Shown here in pieces: positions 12,472 through 24,027 of a DNA stretch of 64,000 bases (the stretch's first letter is position 1; the number at the start of each line of letters is the position of its first letter). This DNA is from Chlorokybus atmophyticus. Its lineage: Eukaryota > Plantae > Mesostigma and Chlorokybus algae. A program made the position numbers and the translations under genes. The notes below the pieces were generated by a model. It had not been told where the DNA came from, searched no databases, and saw only the letters and a list, made by a program, of their open reading frames with translations. Location: assembly GCA_009103225.1 (NCBI GenBank), contig RHPI01002048.1, positions 1,212,629 through 1,276,628 on the forward strand. The letters are read 5' to 3'.

Positions 12472-14755
12472 TCACAACCCGCTCACATTCTTTCATACGC
12501 AACAAAATCTGCCGAGGCGGCAAGCTGGGTGGAATGAATTCATTTCTCGTTTCACTTTCACTTGGCAATATCGTCCGTGTCGCACTAATGTGGCGGATCC
12601 ACTAAGTCGTAACCCTGCTCTTTTGGCACTTACGCGCTCTCGAACTACGCGTAATGTACAACAGCCTGAAGATCCTTTCCTAAAGAAAGTGTCCACAGGT
12701 TATAACTCAGATGATTGGTTTAGCAGTCAAACCAACTTGCAACAGCTTACTGCTGTTAGCAATCTGTGGTATAAAGGGGAGCAGTTGGCAATTCCCAACT
12801 CGGGCGACTTGCGTAAGCAATGCTTACATCAGTGCATGACCCGCCGTATGCTGGGCATTTGGGGAAACAAAAACACTCAAAGCTACGCAACAGTTATACT
12901 GGTGCCCGTGTCAGCTGATGTGGATCAATATGTTCGCACATGTGACGTGTGTCAACGTAACAAGCCACTACGACAAAAACAAGCGGGATTGCTTAAACCA
13001 TTGGTAATCTAGAACAAAAGTGGGATAGTGTCAGTATGGATTTTATTACTGACCTACCTGCAACAGCAGCCAAATACACTGCTATTGTGGTTTTTGTCGA
13101 CCGTTTGACCAAAATGGTGCATTTTGCCCCGTGTTGCACAACTGTGAGTGCACGGGACTTAGCACATTTATTTGTGTTCACGGTCTTTCGAGTTCACGGT
13201 GTACCGCGCGAGCTTATCACAAATCGTGATCCTCGGTTTGTTTCCAAGTTTTGGAGAGAAGTCTGTGAATTGTTGGGGGTAAAACAAAGCATGTCAACTG
13301 CTTTCCACCCACAAACGAACGGACAAACTGAGCGAGCAATTAAATACTGGAAGAAATGCTTCGCCACTATGTGGCTCCTAACCATGCTCATTGGGACAGG
13401 TACTTGCTAATGGCAGAGTTCGCTGTGAACAACGCGTGGCAGGAAAGTGTAAAGGAAACCCCATTTTCCTTGTATTATGGGATTCGCCCGAACACACCAG
13501 CGTCATTGCGTGTACCTCGCAATGCCCTGACTGTACCAGCGGCAAAGGAATTTGCCACTGATATGTAAGAAAATTTGGCTCGAGCTAAGCTATGTCTGTC
13601 AGAAGCACAGGACAGGCAAAAAGCATATGCTGTTATGCATCGAAGAATGGCCACTTTCAATGTCGGTGATAAAGTTTTGCTTAAGGCAAAGAACATAACC
13701 ATCAAAGGTATGGGTGCTCGCAAGTTGCTGCCCCGATGGTTAGGTCCTTTCTCTTTGACAGATAGAGTTGGTACGCACGCTTATCGACTGCGATTGCCCC
13801 CAAGTGTGCGTATACACATGTGTTCCATGTGAACTTGTTGAAACCTTACCGCTCAGACGGTAGAACACAGCCTCCACCGCCGCCAGTTGAGGTGGACAGC
13901 GAGCTCGAATACGAGGTGGAAGCTATATAGAACCATAAGCTAAATAGTCGAGGACGCGCAACTCGCTATTTGGTAAAATGGAAAGGGTATGGCCCAGAAC
14001 ATTACAATTGGGAGCCCGACATGCATCTTACGCACTGCCGCGAGTTGCTTCGAGCTTATAGGGATTTACGTCCTGTCCCATAAACTGTGGGCTTGATTTA
14101 TGACGGACTGGCAGTGCAGTTTCATTACCACTCTATCATTTCCTGCTATCTCACTGGTTACAATTACTAGAAATCAAGCCTGATCAACTTGAGTTCAACG
14201 AGGACGTTGAAAACCTAAGTGGGGGGGAATGTAACGGGAGTAATAATAATAGGGGTATTATGGCTAGCTGAATAACACATTCCGTATGAATAAGTATCTA
14301 AATGTGCTTATTTATACCTCTTTTCTACGGTTCCTCGCTTATTAAAGGCTATGTTGCTTTGTCATAGCTTAAATAAGTTCCAATGGGTGTGGAAACCGCT
14401 TATTCAAGCCTATTTCGTGTCACATTTGATATAATGTGGTCACTATCTCGTTAGGTACCTTACGATAGGTATCTTTCGATAGGTACCTTATCGATAGGTA
14501 CCTTATCTGAGCTGTGATTGGCTCAAGCTAGATTTCCTAACTACCCTGTCTGTAGGGTCGATGTCTAGTTGTGAGTTAATTATCGAGAGGTATATTTGAT
14601 ATACGCTTGATATAAAAGGTCACATCAAACTGATGTGGGGGACTTTTCAGTTCTCTGCTCAGTGGCGGCCACGCCGTTGAAAGGCTTGTCATAGGCGGTG
14701 TGGGTGTTGGGGTAGAGGATTGAAGGGGCATACCGGCGACAGTGGTGCTGTTACA
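12472..14755 (+). mobile_element. 5'-truncated family A copy in opposite orientation (RNase H end, integrase, chromodomain, PPT, LTR 14230-14755)
   Basis: Near-identical reverse complement of about 5443-7730; PPT gggggggaa at 14221-14229. Confidence 0.93.
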
Positions 14756-14756
14756 T

Positions 14757-14768
14757 TGGTATCGGAGC
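14757..14768 (+). promoter_or_regulatory. tRNA-iMet PBS directly after the LTR at 14230-14755
   Basis: GTTACA-T-TGGTATCGGAGC. Confidence 0.9.
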
Positions 14769-15268
14769 AAACGCGATTGAGCGTGTCTCGTGTCGTCGTA
14801 GTCTAGTCGGTCGATGTCTAGGTCGTGTGCTGTTGCTTGCTACCCCATCATGTTCTCCCGCGCAGGTTCGAAACTCGACGATAGAGACTCGCACACCTGT
14901 GCTGTGGCTCTTTTAATTTTTCGCCGCAAATTGCGGCCATAACATTTCTGGTTAGATCACGCATTAAGGTTAATCCCCTTAATACATGATCTAATAAATA
15001 AATCAGTATAGGATGTGGCCATTATTAAGTTCAAGAAAATACGGACCGAACTTAATACACACCAGCTAGTTGACCTTAATGGCAGCTCGATAATCTCGAT
15101 AATCTCGATAATGGTTGACCTTAATGGCAGCTCGATAATCTCGATAATGGCAGCTCTTGCTGACGGACATTGGGCAAGCGTCCGGCCTGCACATCGGGAC
15201 ATGTAACACGCATACGGAGTCGCACACCTCCCCGGAGCAGTCTTGCGCTGCAATCTGCGTGCTGCATT

Positions 15269-15738
15269 TATTGAGATTTGGACACTACTAATCATGCATG
15301 GAGTTGGTGCAAGCACAAGCACACACACTCTACCAGAGCATACACTCAAGGCTGATCCAAATAGGCTTTCAAAGGATGACAACAAAGTCACACCACGGGC
15401 TTTTATACCCGCCAGTTCTGCACCTGTCTACTCTAAAAGTTACCACGACTTTTACACTCAATCGATTCCTGCGCTTTAAGTTGCACCACGCAGCTACTTT
15501 AAAGAGCTTTCCAACAAGCTATGACACGCGCCATACAATGATGTAACCACTGAGCTACAACGTTTCTTCTATAGCGCCTGGAAGTCTCCAGACTCCGGAC
15601 TCAAATCCGCGCCTGGAACCTTCTCGACTGAAGTCCTCGCCTGGACCTTTCTCGACTGGCACCTTCTCGAGCCTGAATCTTCTCGCGGCTACTTTTATCC
15701 GCAGGGCGAGCTAAGCGGATACAAGAATGTCCTGAACA
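15269..15738. mobile_element. Solo LTR of copia family 3 (470 bp) with a GCATT target-site duplication
   Basis: Homologous to 42839-43309; termini TATTGA...TGAACA; GCATT at 15264-15268 and 15739-15743. Confidence 0.92.
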
Positions 15739-17285
15739 GCATTGTCACACATCAGCTACCCGCTTGACTCACCCACGGAGGAGCTGGAGTTACACTTCGC
15801 CATTTTCAACGTGCTGGCAGTTCGAGGGAAAGGCCAACGCTTCTCAACCGTCTACCTGCTATGCATCGTTCCCCCGAAGAATGGCAGGTACCCAGCGAGT
15901 GCACGTCTTCAGAGGTGGTGCAAACTAACGGAATGGGGAGCACATGTTGCTTCTCAGCGCAATGCCACGGGCTCATTAGCGCCGCAGCTGTGGCACGCGC
16001 TGGAAGAATGGCGCCTGAATAAGTATGAGGAAGAGAAGGAGCTCCTCTCCTCACCGCTGCAGCAACAACAGCAGTAGTCTGAGGCAGGTCTAAGGTCTCC
16101 ACCCCGGCTCAGTTCGGCTGTTCGGTCGGTGGCTAAACGTCTGTTTCCCCAATCTCCGGACCATATGGTTGAGTCACCGCGGCCATCCGGATGGCCGGAT
16201 ATCCCCTTCAGTTTCACGGCCGTCGCTGACAAGGACACGCATGCTGTCGCCCTTCAAGACTGAGGAAGCAGCCTCCACCTCCCTTGTTTTGGGTTGCACA
16301 GCAGGCCGCTGGTGGATAGGGGTAGCTCGCACGCGCACCCTGGGTCTAGCCCCGTTCGCTCTCCCCATGAGCTGAGCAACCTTGAGGGGGGGGGGGGGAA
16401 GAGCAGGCGCGCTCTGCAACTACTCAGGTGATGGGCATTCCCCCCACATCAGCAATGGCTCTGGTGGGAAGAGGCTACCAGTCTTCTCACGTCACCACAA
16501 TCTGAACGAAGGATCTGGGTTTTGCTGGTCCAATCCCCGGACGAACCAGATATGAGCGGGTTGAAGGTTGGGGCGCAGACGGACGTGGTCTGGCTGGACG
16601 TGGCTCTCCTCCCTCGAGTAGTGGATGAACCGGAGACGTTGCTGGACCCGCACACGTTGCAAGTGTGGCATTCAGCGCATAGTTACCTTCGCCAACTTGG
16701 CAATCTGCCTGCTGGCGCTGATACGTCTCTCCTGCAAGCTCTTGTGCAGGGCGCCGCTATCACACCTCAGGTTCCATTGAATGCGGTGTAGGGCCTGCTT
16801 CCTCAATGACTTCATGCATGCGCCCCCTGCGTCTAGCGTCATGGAACATTCACGGCTGCATGGGTAGCGTGCAGCTTTTGGCATGAGCAAACGCGCCATG
16901 CTCATGTTGAGAGTACAGTCATGGAGCAGCAGTACCAACTAGGCTCTCTTTCTGCAAGAGACGAAGCTTGGCACTATGAAGGAAGACATGATCTTAAGAA
17001 AATTCTGAAAAGGGCGTTTTGTTTGGGCACCTGCACAGGGTAGCAAAAGAGGAGTTGCCATCCTCTACCCGACTGCCTGGGCACCCAACGTCCTCGACTC
17101 TGGCGTGGCTTTCCCATCACGTTGCTGTTGGCTACGGTTGAAGTGGGAGGAGGGCACGCTCTTATTGGTCAACGCATATGCGCGCAACGCATCTGGTGAG
17201 AGAGAACAATTTTTCTCCACATTGGAGAGACGATTGCCGGAGGCGGATTGGTGCATTGCGGGGGGGGGGGGGGGGGGGGGGGGGG

Positions 17286-17363
17286 NNNNNNNNNNNNNNN
17301 NNNNNNNNNNNNNNNNNNNNNNNNNNNNNNNNNNNNNNNNNNNNNNNNNNNNNNNNNNNNNNN
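17286..17363. other. Assembly gap flanked by poly-G
   Basis: N run inside the LINE endonuclease region. Confidence 0.98.
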
Positions 17364-19883
17364 GGAGGCATCGCTAATAACAGTGAAGGGGGGGGGGACT
17401 GGAATTGGGTGGAGGATGAGCTCGCAGCATCTGAACGCTTATCGGGCAGGTATGAGTGGGAGGATACCTTTCGCAACTGCCACCCCGCCTCTCGTGTATA
17501 CACGTGGGCGAACAGTAGAGAAGGGGAAGATAGGCACGCAGCACGCCATGACCGCTTCAACTGCTCACAAAGCCTACGCACCTCCCTCATGAGCTGAGCG
17601 TGCGCACAGGTGAAGTGTTGTCCAATCACAAATTAGTAGCAGCAACTATACGACCGGCCTTGGCGTTGAGGAAGGGACCTGGGCTATGGAAGCTAGATCC
17701 AGCATTATTGCAGGACGCGCGCTTCTGTACAGATGTTGAAGAACTCTGGTCGCACCACCAAGGCGGCAAGCCTGAAGGGCAAGCGCTGATCCACTGGTTT
17801 GAAGCCGAGCTTAAACACGTCGCACGGCAGCATGAAGAGCGCAGAAGGGAGCTCCGCCACTGCGAAGCCAAGGTTCCTCGTGCTTTGCTTGAAGATGCGA
17901 AAGCATCACTGGTGCACTCTCCTAAGATCCAAGGCTGCAAGCGGATGCACACGCAGTCACGGAGCCGCTGCACACGCTAGAAGCCAGGCGGGTGGAAGGT
18001 GCGTTTACTCGCCACAGCAGCCGTTGGCGGCTAGAAGGCGAGAGGATGCCGAAGCTCTTCTTCTCCATGAGCAAGCAAGCCAAAGTATCCTTTGTTTTGC
18101 ACTCAGTGTCCCATTCCGTTGGCCCACACATGCCTCCGCTGTTGGACCCAAAGGCAATTCTTGAATCCACAGCTGCGTTTTCACAAGCACCTCCTATCTT
18201 CTTCGGTGGTGGACGGCAAGGCCAAGCGCGCAGCCCTACAAGAATGCGTGGCGGTCACACCGCTGTTGGTAGACGAGGCCACATCTTCTGATACCAATCG
18301 TGACATCACAAAAAAATGAGCTGCACGCAGGCTTGCGTGCCAAGGCCCCGCACAAGACACCTAGGGAAGACGGACTCACCACCTACTTCTGGCATCACAT
18401 GTGGCCAGCCTTGGAGACGACTATACGGAGTATTGTCTGCAAGTGCTGGCGATGGGGTCCATGGGAGAGTTGCAACGCAAAGGGTGATTGTCATGCTCCA
18501 TAGATAAGGGGAGGTGTCTGACTTGCGGAACTGGCGTCCCATCACTCTTTTGCCCACTCACCATAAAATCTTGGCTAAGGCTCTCTCCTTACGGTTGGCA
18601 CCCATTCTCCCGGAAGTGCTTGCGGAAGAGCAAACAGGCTTCGTGCAGCACATGTACATACTTGACAATGTCTAGACAGCCCTCGACGCTCTCGCACATG
18701 CACGCAGCTCTCGTCAACAGGCTGCGCTGCTTCTGCTTGACTTTAAGAAGGCATTCGACAGATTGGATTGGGACTTCCTTGATGCCATCATGTATAAGCA
18801 AGGATTTGGTCCCCGCTTCTGTCGTTGGGTTCGCTGCCTTAACGGGGGAGGGGTTAGTCCGGTTTCAGTCAATGGTCACGCTTTAGAACCGTTCTCTCTC
18901 CAGCGCAGCGTCCGGCAAGGATGCGCGATGGCACCCTCTTTGTTCATGTCGGCCACAGAGGCGTTGGGAGCTCTCTTGCGCAACAACCCCGACATCCGTG
19001 GCCTGCAGCTACCACCGCAAGCTCAGGGTGACGTGGCCGTGGTGCACGAGATCAAGTACTTTGCATCTGCGGACGATACCTCGGTGCTCCTTCAGCTTAC
19101 CCCCGAGTGCTTCGCGGCGTTCAAGCAGGTGATTGCAATGTACTGCTTGGCGTCAGACTCGCTTCTAAATCTGCACAAGAGTGTGGGGATGCTGCTTGGT
19201 GACGACCCCCCCTCTTCTCCTGATTGGGGAGTGCGCTGGCTGCAGCCTGGTGACGCCACCACATTGCTGAGGATTCTCATGGGCGTTACCATCTGCCAGC
19301 AGCAACTCTTCAATGGCGTTCTAAAGAAGATGCAGGGGCGCTTGAACCTCTGGTCGAAGCAGTATCTCTCGCTTTTGGGGCGGGCGCTGGTGGTGATCCA
19401 GTCCGTCCTCGCTTGCTTGTGGTATATAGCAGCGGTTGCTATCCCTTCGGCAAAGGACATGAGGGCACTGCGTGCATCGTGCACCTCACTCCTATGGCGT
19501 TCGTCAAGAGACGGGGCTCCCCCTGCCGTGCATGGGGCGTGTCGGCTGGAAGGTAGCATATCTCCCACGTCACGCCGGCGGCTTGGGGGTGTTGGACCCC
19601 GCCACTCAAATGAAAGCTCTCCATGCCAAGTGGGCAGCTCGGCTGAGCGACCTGGCCTGGGCGCCGTGGAAGGCGTTGGGATTTGCCCATTTGCAACAGT
19701 GGGCAACTGATCCGCGCAACCCTGAGGTGCAGTGGCTCCCTGCAGCTGCCACTCTGCACGCGGAAGGTTTGCCTTTACATGTTAGGGTTCCTCGGCACTG
19801 GCGTTTTGTGCTTAAGAGCTGGCAGGAGGTTCGCCCGACCTTCCACAGGGCCGCCACCAACCGTGTTGAGATTGTGCGGCAGC

Positions 19884-20353
19884 TGTAACAATTGGGGCCT
19901 GACCACTAGGCTATGGTAGCAAAAATCACTACCATGAGTGAGGTCTGTCACAATGTATCCCAATTCGTGACATTCCTCCCCAATTTAACCCATGAGTCCC
20001 TCATAATCCAATGAGGCACTAGCCCACGTCGCGGTTTTCGCGGCCGTACCACAATCGGTCTGCCCGCGGCCTGTTGGATCCGGCCCACGAATGGTCCTGA
20101 CCGACCGAACGGCCATCCTCACCGCGCGACCTGCCATTGCAGAGCGACCGCTCACGCGGCCTTAGGTTGAACTGGCTCGGCGCGCAGGTCATGATTCCGC
20201 GCCCAGCTTAGGGCAAGCCGCCCCAAATGTTTTTGTTTTTGCCTTGGATCTGCCTCAGTCCCCTACGGGAATTGAACCTGAGACGTCATGCTCCGATACC
20301 AATGTAACAACCACTAGGCCACAAAATGTCACGAATTGGGATAGATTGTGACA
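19884..20353 (-). mobile_element. TRIM (miniature non-autonomous LTR element, 470 bp) inserted in the LINE
   Basis: GCAGC TSD at 19879-19883 and 20354-20358; LTRs 19884-19972 and 20303-20353; PBS gctccgatacca at 20290-20301; PPT ttcctccccc from 19973; no coding capacity. Confidence 0.9.
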
Positions 20354-21894
20354 GCAGCACATCTTTGACAATGGGCACATCAAGGGCCCGCATGGAAAAG
20401 TGCTGGGCAGTGGCGAGACATAAGCACTATCTGCAGTGGGCGGCCATCGGCTTCCATAGGGTAGCCAACTTGTGGGACGAGCTGCTACGCCGTCCATACA
20501 CGGCGGAAGAGCTCTTCAGCTAGGTTCCCACACGAACGGCAACCAGGCTAGCCACTATCTGGGCTTCTATGCCGAGCACGTGGCTCCCGCTGCTGCAGGC
20601 GGGGCCAAGACGCCTGGTGCTAAAAAATGGTGGGCTCCCATCGCTTCAGATGGGACTATCATTGCGGTGGTGTGGATCACAGCCATCACCGCCTCCTCGT
20701 GCTCAGGAGTTGTCTGTCCGCGAGTCGAACTTTCGACTCGCGGGTTCCGAGGCAATGACCTTGGAGGCGGGAGAAGAGCAAGCCCACATTCCCGTCTTCG
20801 CCCTTATTCGTGTGCGCGTGCTTCCTGCTCCAGCGTGCTGGCGCCACACACCGGAACCCTACACTGCAAGCTGGCTGCAGCTGCCGATTTCTTCTCGCTT
20901 TTAAGGGTGGGTAGTTGCGGGTCGCGCTCCTCTTTCTACTCTTCACCTTAACCCGACCTCAATTGACTAGGGGGCCATCGCTCCTCCCGGCACAAAGCTG
21001 TGTTCGCTGTGGGACTACTCTGCAAAACTAGGCTATCATGTTCTTAGCCTCCGCTTTTGCTCCAAGCTTGCTGCTCCGCAGCGTTGGCACTGGCTGCGCC
21101 CTGAGCTCCCGTGGGATAAGGTGTGGAAGTCCTTGCACAAGCTTCAGGTTCCAGGAAAGCACCGCTTCTTGTTGTGGATGTTGTGTCACCAAGTCTGGTA
21201 CACCGGAGACAAGCTCCAGTTCCTCGGCGCTAACTCTTCGTGCTTCACATGCTTGAGCTGCGAGGTAGAGACCCCGCTACACCTGTTTGTCAGGTGCTCG
21301 GCAGCTGAAGAGATGTGGTCGGCAGTGGGATCCTTCTTCGCGCAGCTACAGGGCTCGGTAGACCTAGGTCCTCTTTCGCTAGTGTTTGGCATTGGCCAGG
21401 CAGTACGGCCCTCCTTGACCGCTGTCTGGGCGGTGGTGCGCCCTCTTGCTATGTGGTCAATGTGGTGTTACAGATGCACCTTGCGGTACGGGGATGCGCG
21501 CCTCCTACTGTTTTCCTTCTTCGTACTTTAGTCAACGGCATCATGCAGCTGGCCCGAGAGGAGTGGGGAGCCGTATGCACCTCCCCCGTGGTTGGTGAGA
21601 AGCGCCTAAAAGCTCTTTAACGATTCTCCTCCAGTTGGGGGCGGACCTCTTTGCTTTGCACCGTTGTCTCGCCTGGTATGCACTCCCCGCAAGTTGTTTG
21701 GCACTTGCTGCAACTATAGCATGTGGTTGCTATGAGTTCTGTACTTTCTTTGGCTGACTGTTTGTACACGCTGTTTTATGCATAGCTTTGCACTTGTTAA
21801 GCTAGGCAAGCTGCTGGTTAGCTACATACCATGCTGCTTGAACTCTTGTGCTTTTCCTTATTGCAATTATCGGTTTTCTTTTAAAAGGAAAAGA

Positions 21895-22070
21895 AGTCCA
21901 ATCGCTTGAGGGCTTTGTCCATGACGCGCTAGAATTTGGCAGGAGCATTCTTCAGACCGAAGGGCATGACTTTCCACTAGTATAGCTGCCGGTTGCCCCA
22001 GAAAGAGGTCTTGTGATCTGGTTGTACCCTTGGCGCATGTCCAGGATAGTACAGACTGTACGGTCTCCTA
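21895..22070 (-). pseudogene. Short Ty3/gypsy RT fragment
   Basis: Minus strand reads KTSFWGNRQLY*WKVMPFGLKNAPAKF*RVMDKAL. Confidence 0.75.
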
Positions 22071-22479
22071 CATCATAAAATATACCTTCACCGGTAGAAT
22101 TGGGTTTCGATAAGTCTGACCGGATCCCCAACTTTATTACAGATCCAGCACACCTTTGTTACGGATTCGCAAGATCCCTAATTAATATATGGTTAGATCT
22201 CTATATGGGTTGGTGCATGTCACAAACGGCCATTGGCCGATCGCATAATATGTACAAAATCCCTAACAATGTTGAGAACCGGGCGTCACAATTGTCAACA
22301 AATACGGTCATGACAAAGACCTGTATGGATGTTCATGCAAATGTTGACCACTTCCATGACACCGTTGGGGACACAGTGGTTACGTCACAATGCATTTATG
22401 TTGGAAAATTGGCCGGTACGAATCTTTGTCATGTGCTTAACTGGTTCCGTCAATAATGCATGGATCTAGCCATCAGCCT

Positions 22480-22952
22480 GATTAACAGCTAGGCACCGGT
22501 AGGTGTTTCTAAATAACTTGTCCGCTTGCGCGTGGCCTGGGGACTCAAACCTGGCTTAGCGGAGTCAAGTATCCATCCACCCACAACATTGACGGTAGGG
22601 CAGGCTGTTGCCATAAACTCCCTTGATCACCTCGTAAATCGCGCCGGTGTATTGATATAGTAGCTGCGTGATCACTAGTAACGTTGTTAAAGTAGGCCGC
22701 GAGCACGCGAATGCTTGAACCGGCAAGATATTAATGATTAGACTGCAAATGATTGAGACTATTGTACTATTGCGGTGCAACGACCGACGTTATAGCTTTA
22801 TGATGGCAAGGGACATTATGGCAACAGCCTGCCCTACAGTCTACGTTGTGGGTGGATGGATGCTTTACACCGCTAAGCTTAGTTTGAGTCCCCAGGCCAC
22901 CCGCAAGCGGACCAGTTATTTAAACACACCTACCGGTGCCTAGCTGTTAATC
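22480..22952. repeat. Long imperfect inverted repeat (arms about 146 bp, loop about 180 bp)
   Basis: 22480-22625 is the imperfect reverse complement of 22807-22952, e.g. gattaacagctaggcaccggtaggtgt versus acacctaccggtgcctagctgttaatc. Confidence 0.9.
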
Positions 22953-24027
22953 TGGGTGTCTATATTGGTTTAAGATGCATGATTACGTATATATATATAT
23001 AAAACATATCTTTTATCATATTGTTCTGTATGTATTGATAATTTGACAATGATGACAATGCTACCACATAACGATGTATCTTTACAATATATATACATTA
23101 TCTACATATAATGATAATGTCATACAACTACTAGTATAAATATATATACACATATATATATACACCTGTTAGTATTGTTTAACGATTGTGGGGTAGGGGT
23201 AGCCTAGTGCTGTTGTATGCAGGTGTTGGTACATACATTGCGTACCGGTAATACATGAATGCGATACACCTGGCATGAATGCATTGCGGCACTTGAGACA
23301 ATTGAGGCAGCCGCTGTAAAGCATATCATTTTTGCAGACGCGTTGCAGGGTGCCTCGTGTCGTCGTCGTCGTCTAGTCGGTCAGTCCTTAAGTCGGGGGC
23401 TATTACTTGCTAACCTGACAGGTTCGTCCGTGTAGGTTCGAACCTCGGCGATCGAGCAGCGAGCTCCCCTGCGTTGCGACTTTTTGGTTTCTTGCCGCGA
23501 AATGCGGCCATAACATTTCTGGTTAGATCAGGCATTAAGATTAATCCCTTGAAATACATAATCTAACCAAAAATTAGTGTAGGATGTTGTAAGAAGGGGG
23601 GTGCTACCGCCCCCTTTAATCCCCTACCCCAACACCACCACCACAGCAACGTCGCTGCGCCGTGGCTGCCGCCGCTGGCAGCCAGGGAATCGAAAGATCC
23701 ACTGGCTATGGCGGTTGCTGCGTTAGCAACATGAGTCTCGAGTCGATATCGGTGTTACATAACATAACACCTTGTGAGGGCCTAAAAAGGCCCTCATACG
23801 ACTCTAATGGCTGTGTTTATCCCGTTGGGACCCTTATCTCTCATTAAACAATGGGGGGGGGGGGGGGAACCGNGGGAACCGCATAGCGGTAGCACTCCAT
23901 TACATTCCCCCCCACTTTAGTTTCAATGTCCTTATTAAAGGGTTAGCAAGGCCCCACCGTGAGCACTGAAAACCTGAGTGAAAAAAGAACCAGGGCCGAA
24001 GCGGTAAAGATGTTTGCCAGCACCCTT

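Larger units (their letters stand above)
15742..21890 (+). mobile_element. L1/Tx1-clade LINE, degenerate (ORF1 region, AP endonuclease, RT, C-terminal zinc finger); boundaries approximate
   Basis: Endonuclease FLQETK, GVAIL, LVNAYA, WEDTFR...YTW; RT NWRPITL, EQTGF, LDFKKAFD, VRQGC, ADDT; zinc finger CFTCLSCEVETPLHLFVRC (21121-21531). Confidence 0.9.

Noticed and set aside
14860-14880. GGTTCGAA (B-box/T-loop-like) motif, also at about 23444
   Set aside because: No cloverleaf, acceptor stem or A-box could be built; it lies in a retroelement leader. Not called a tRNA or SINE.
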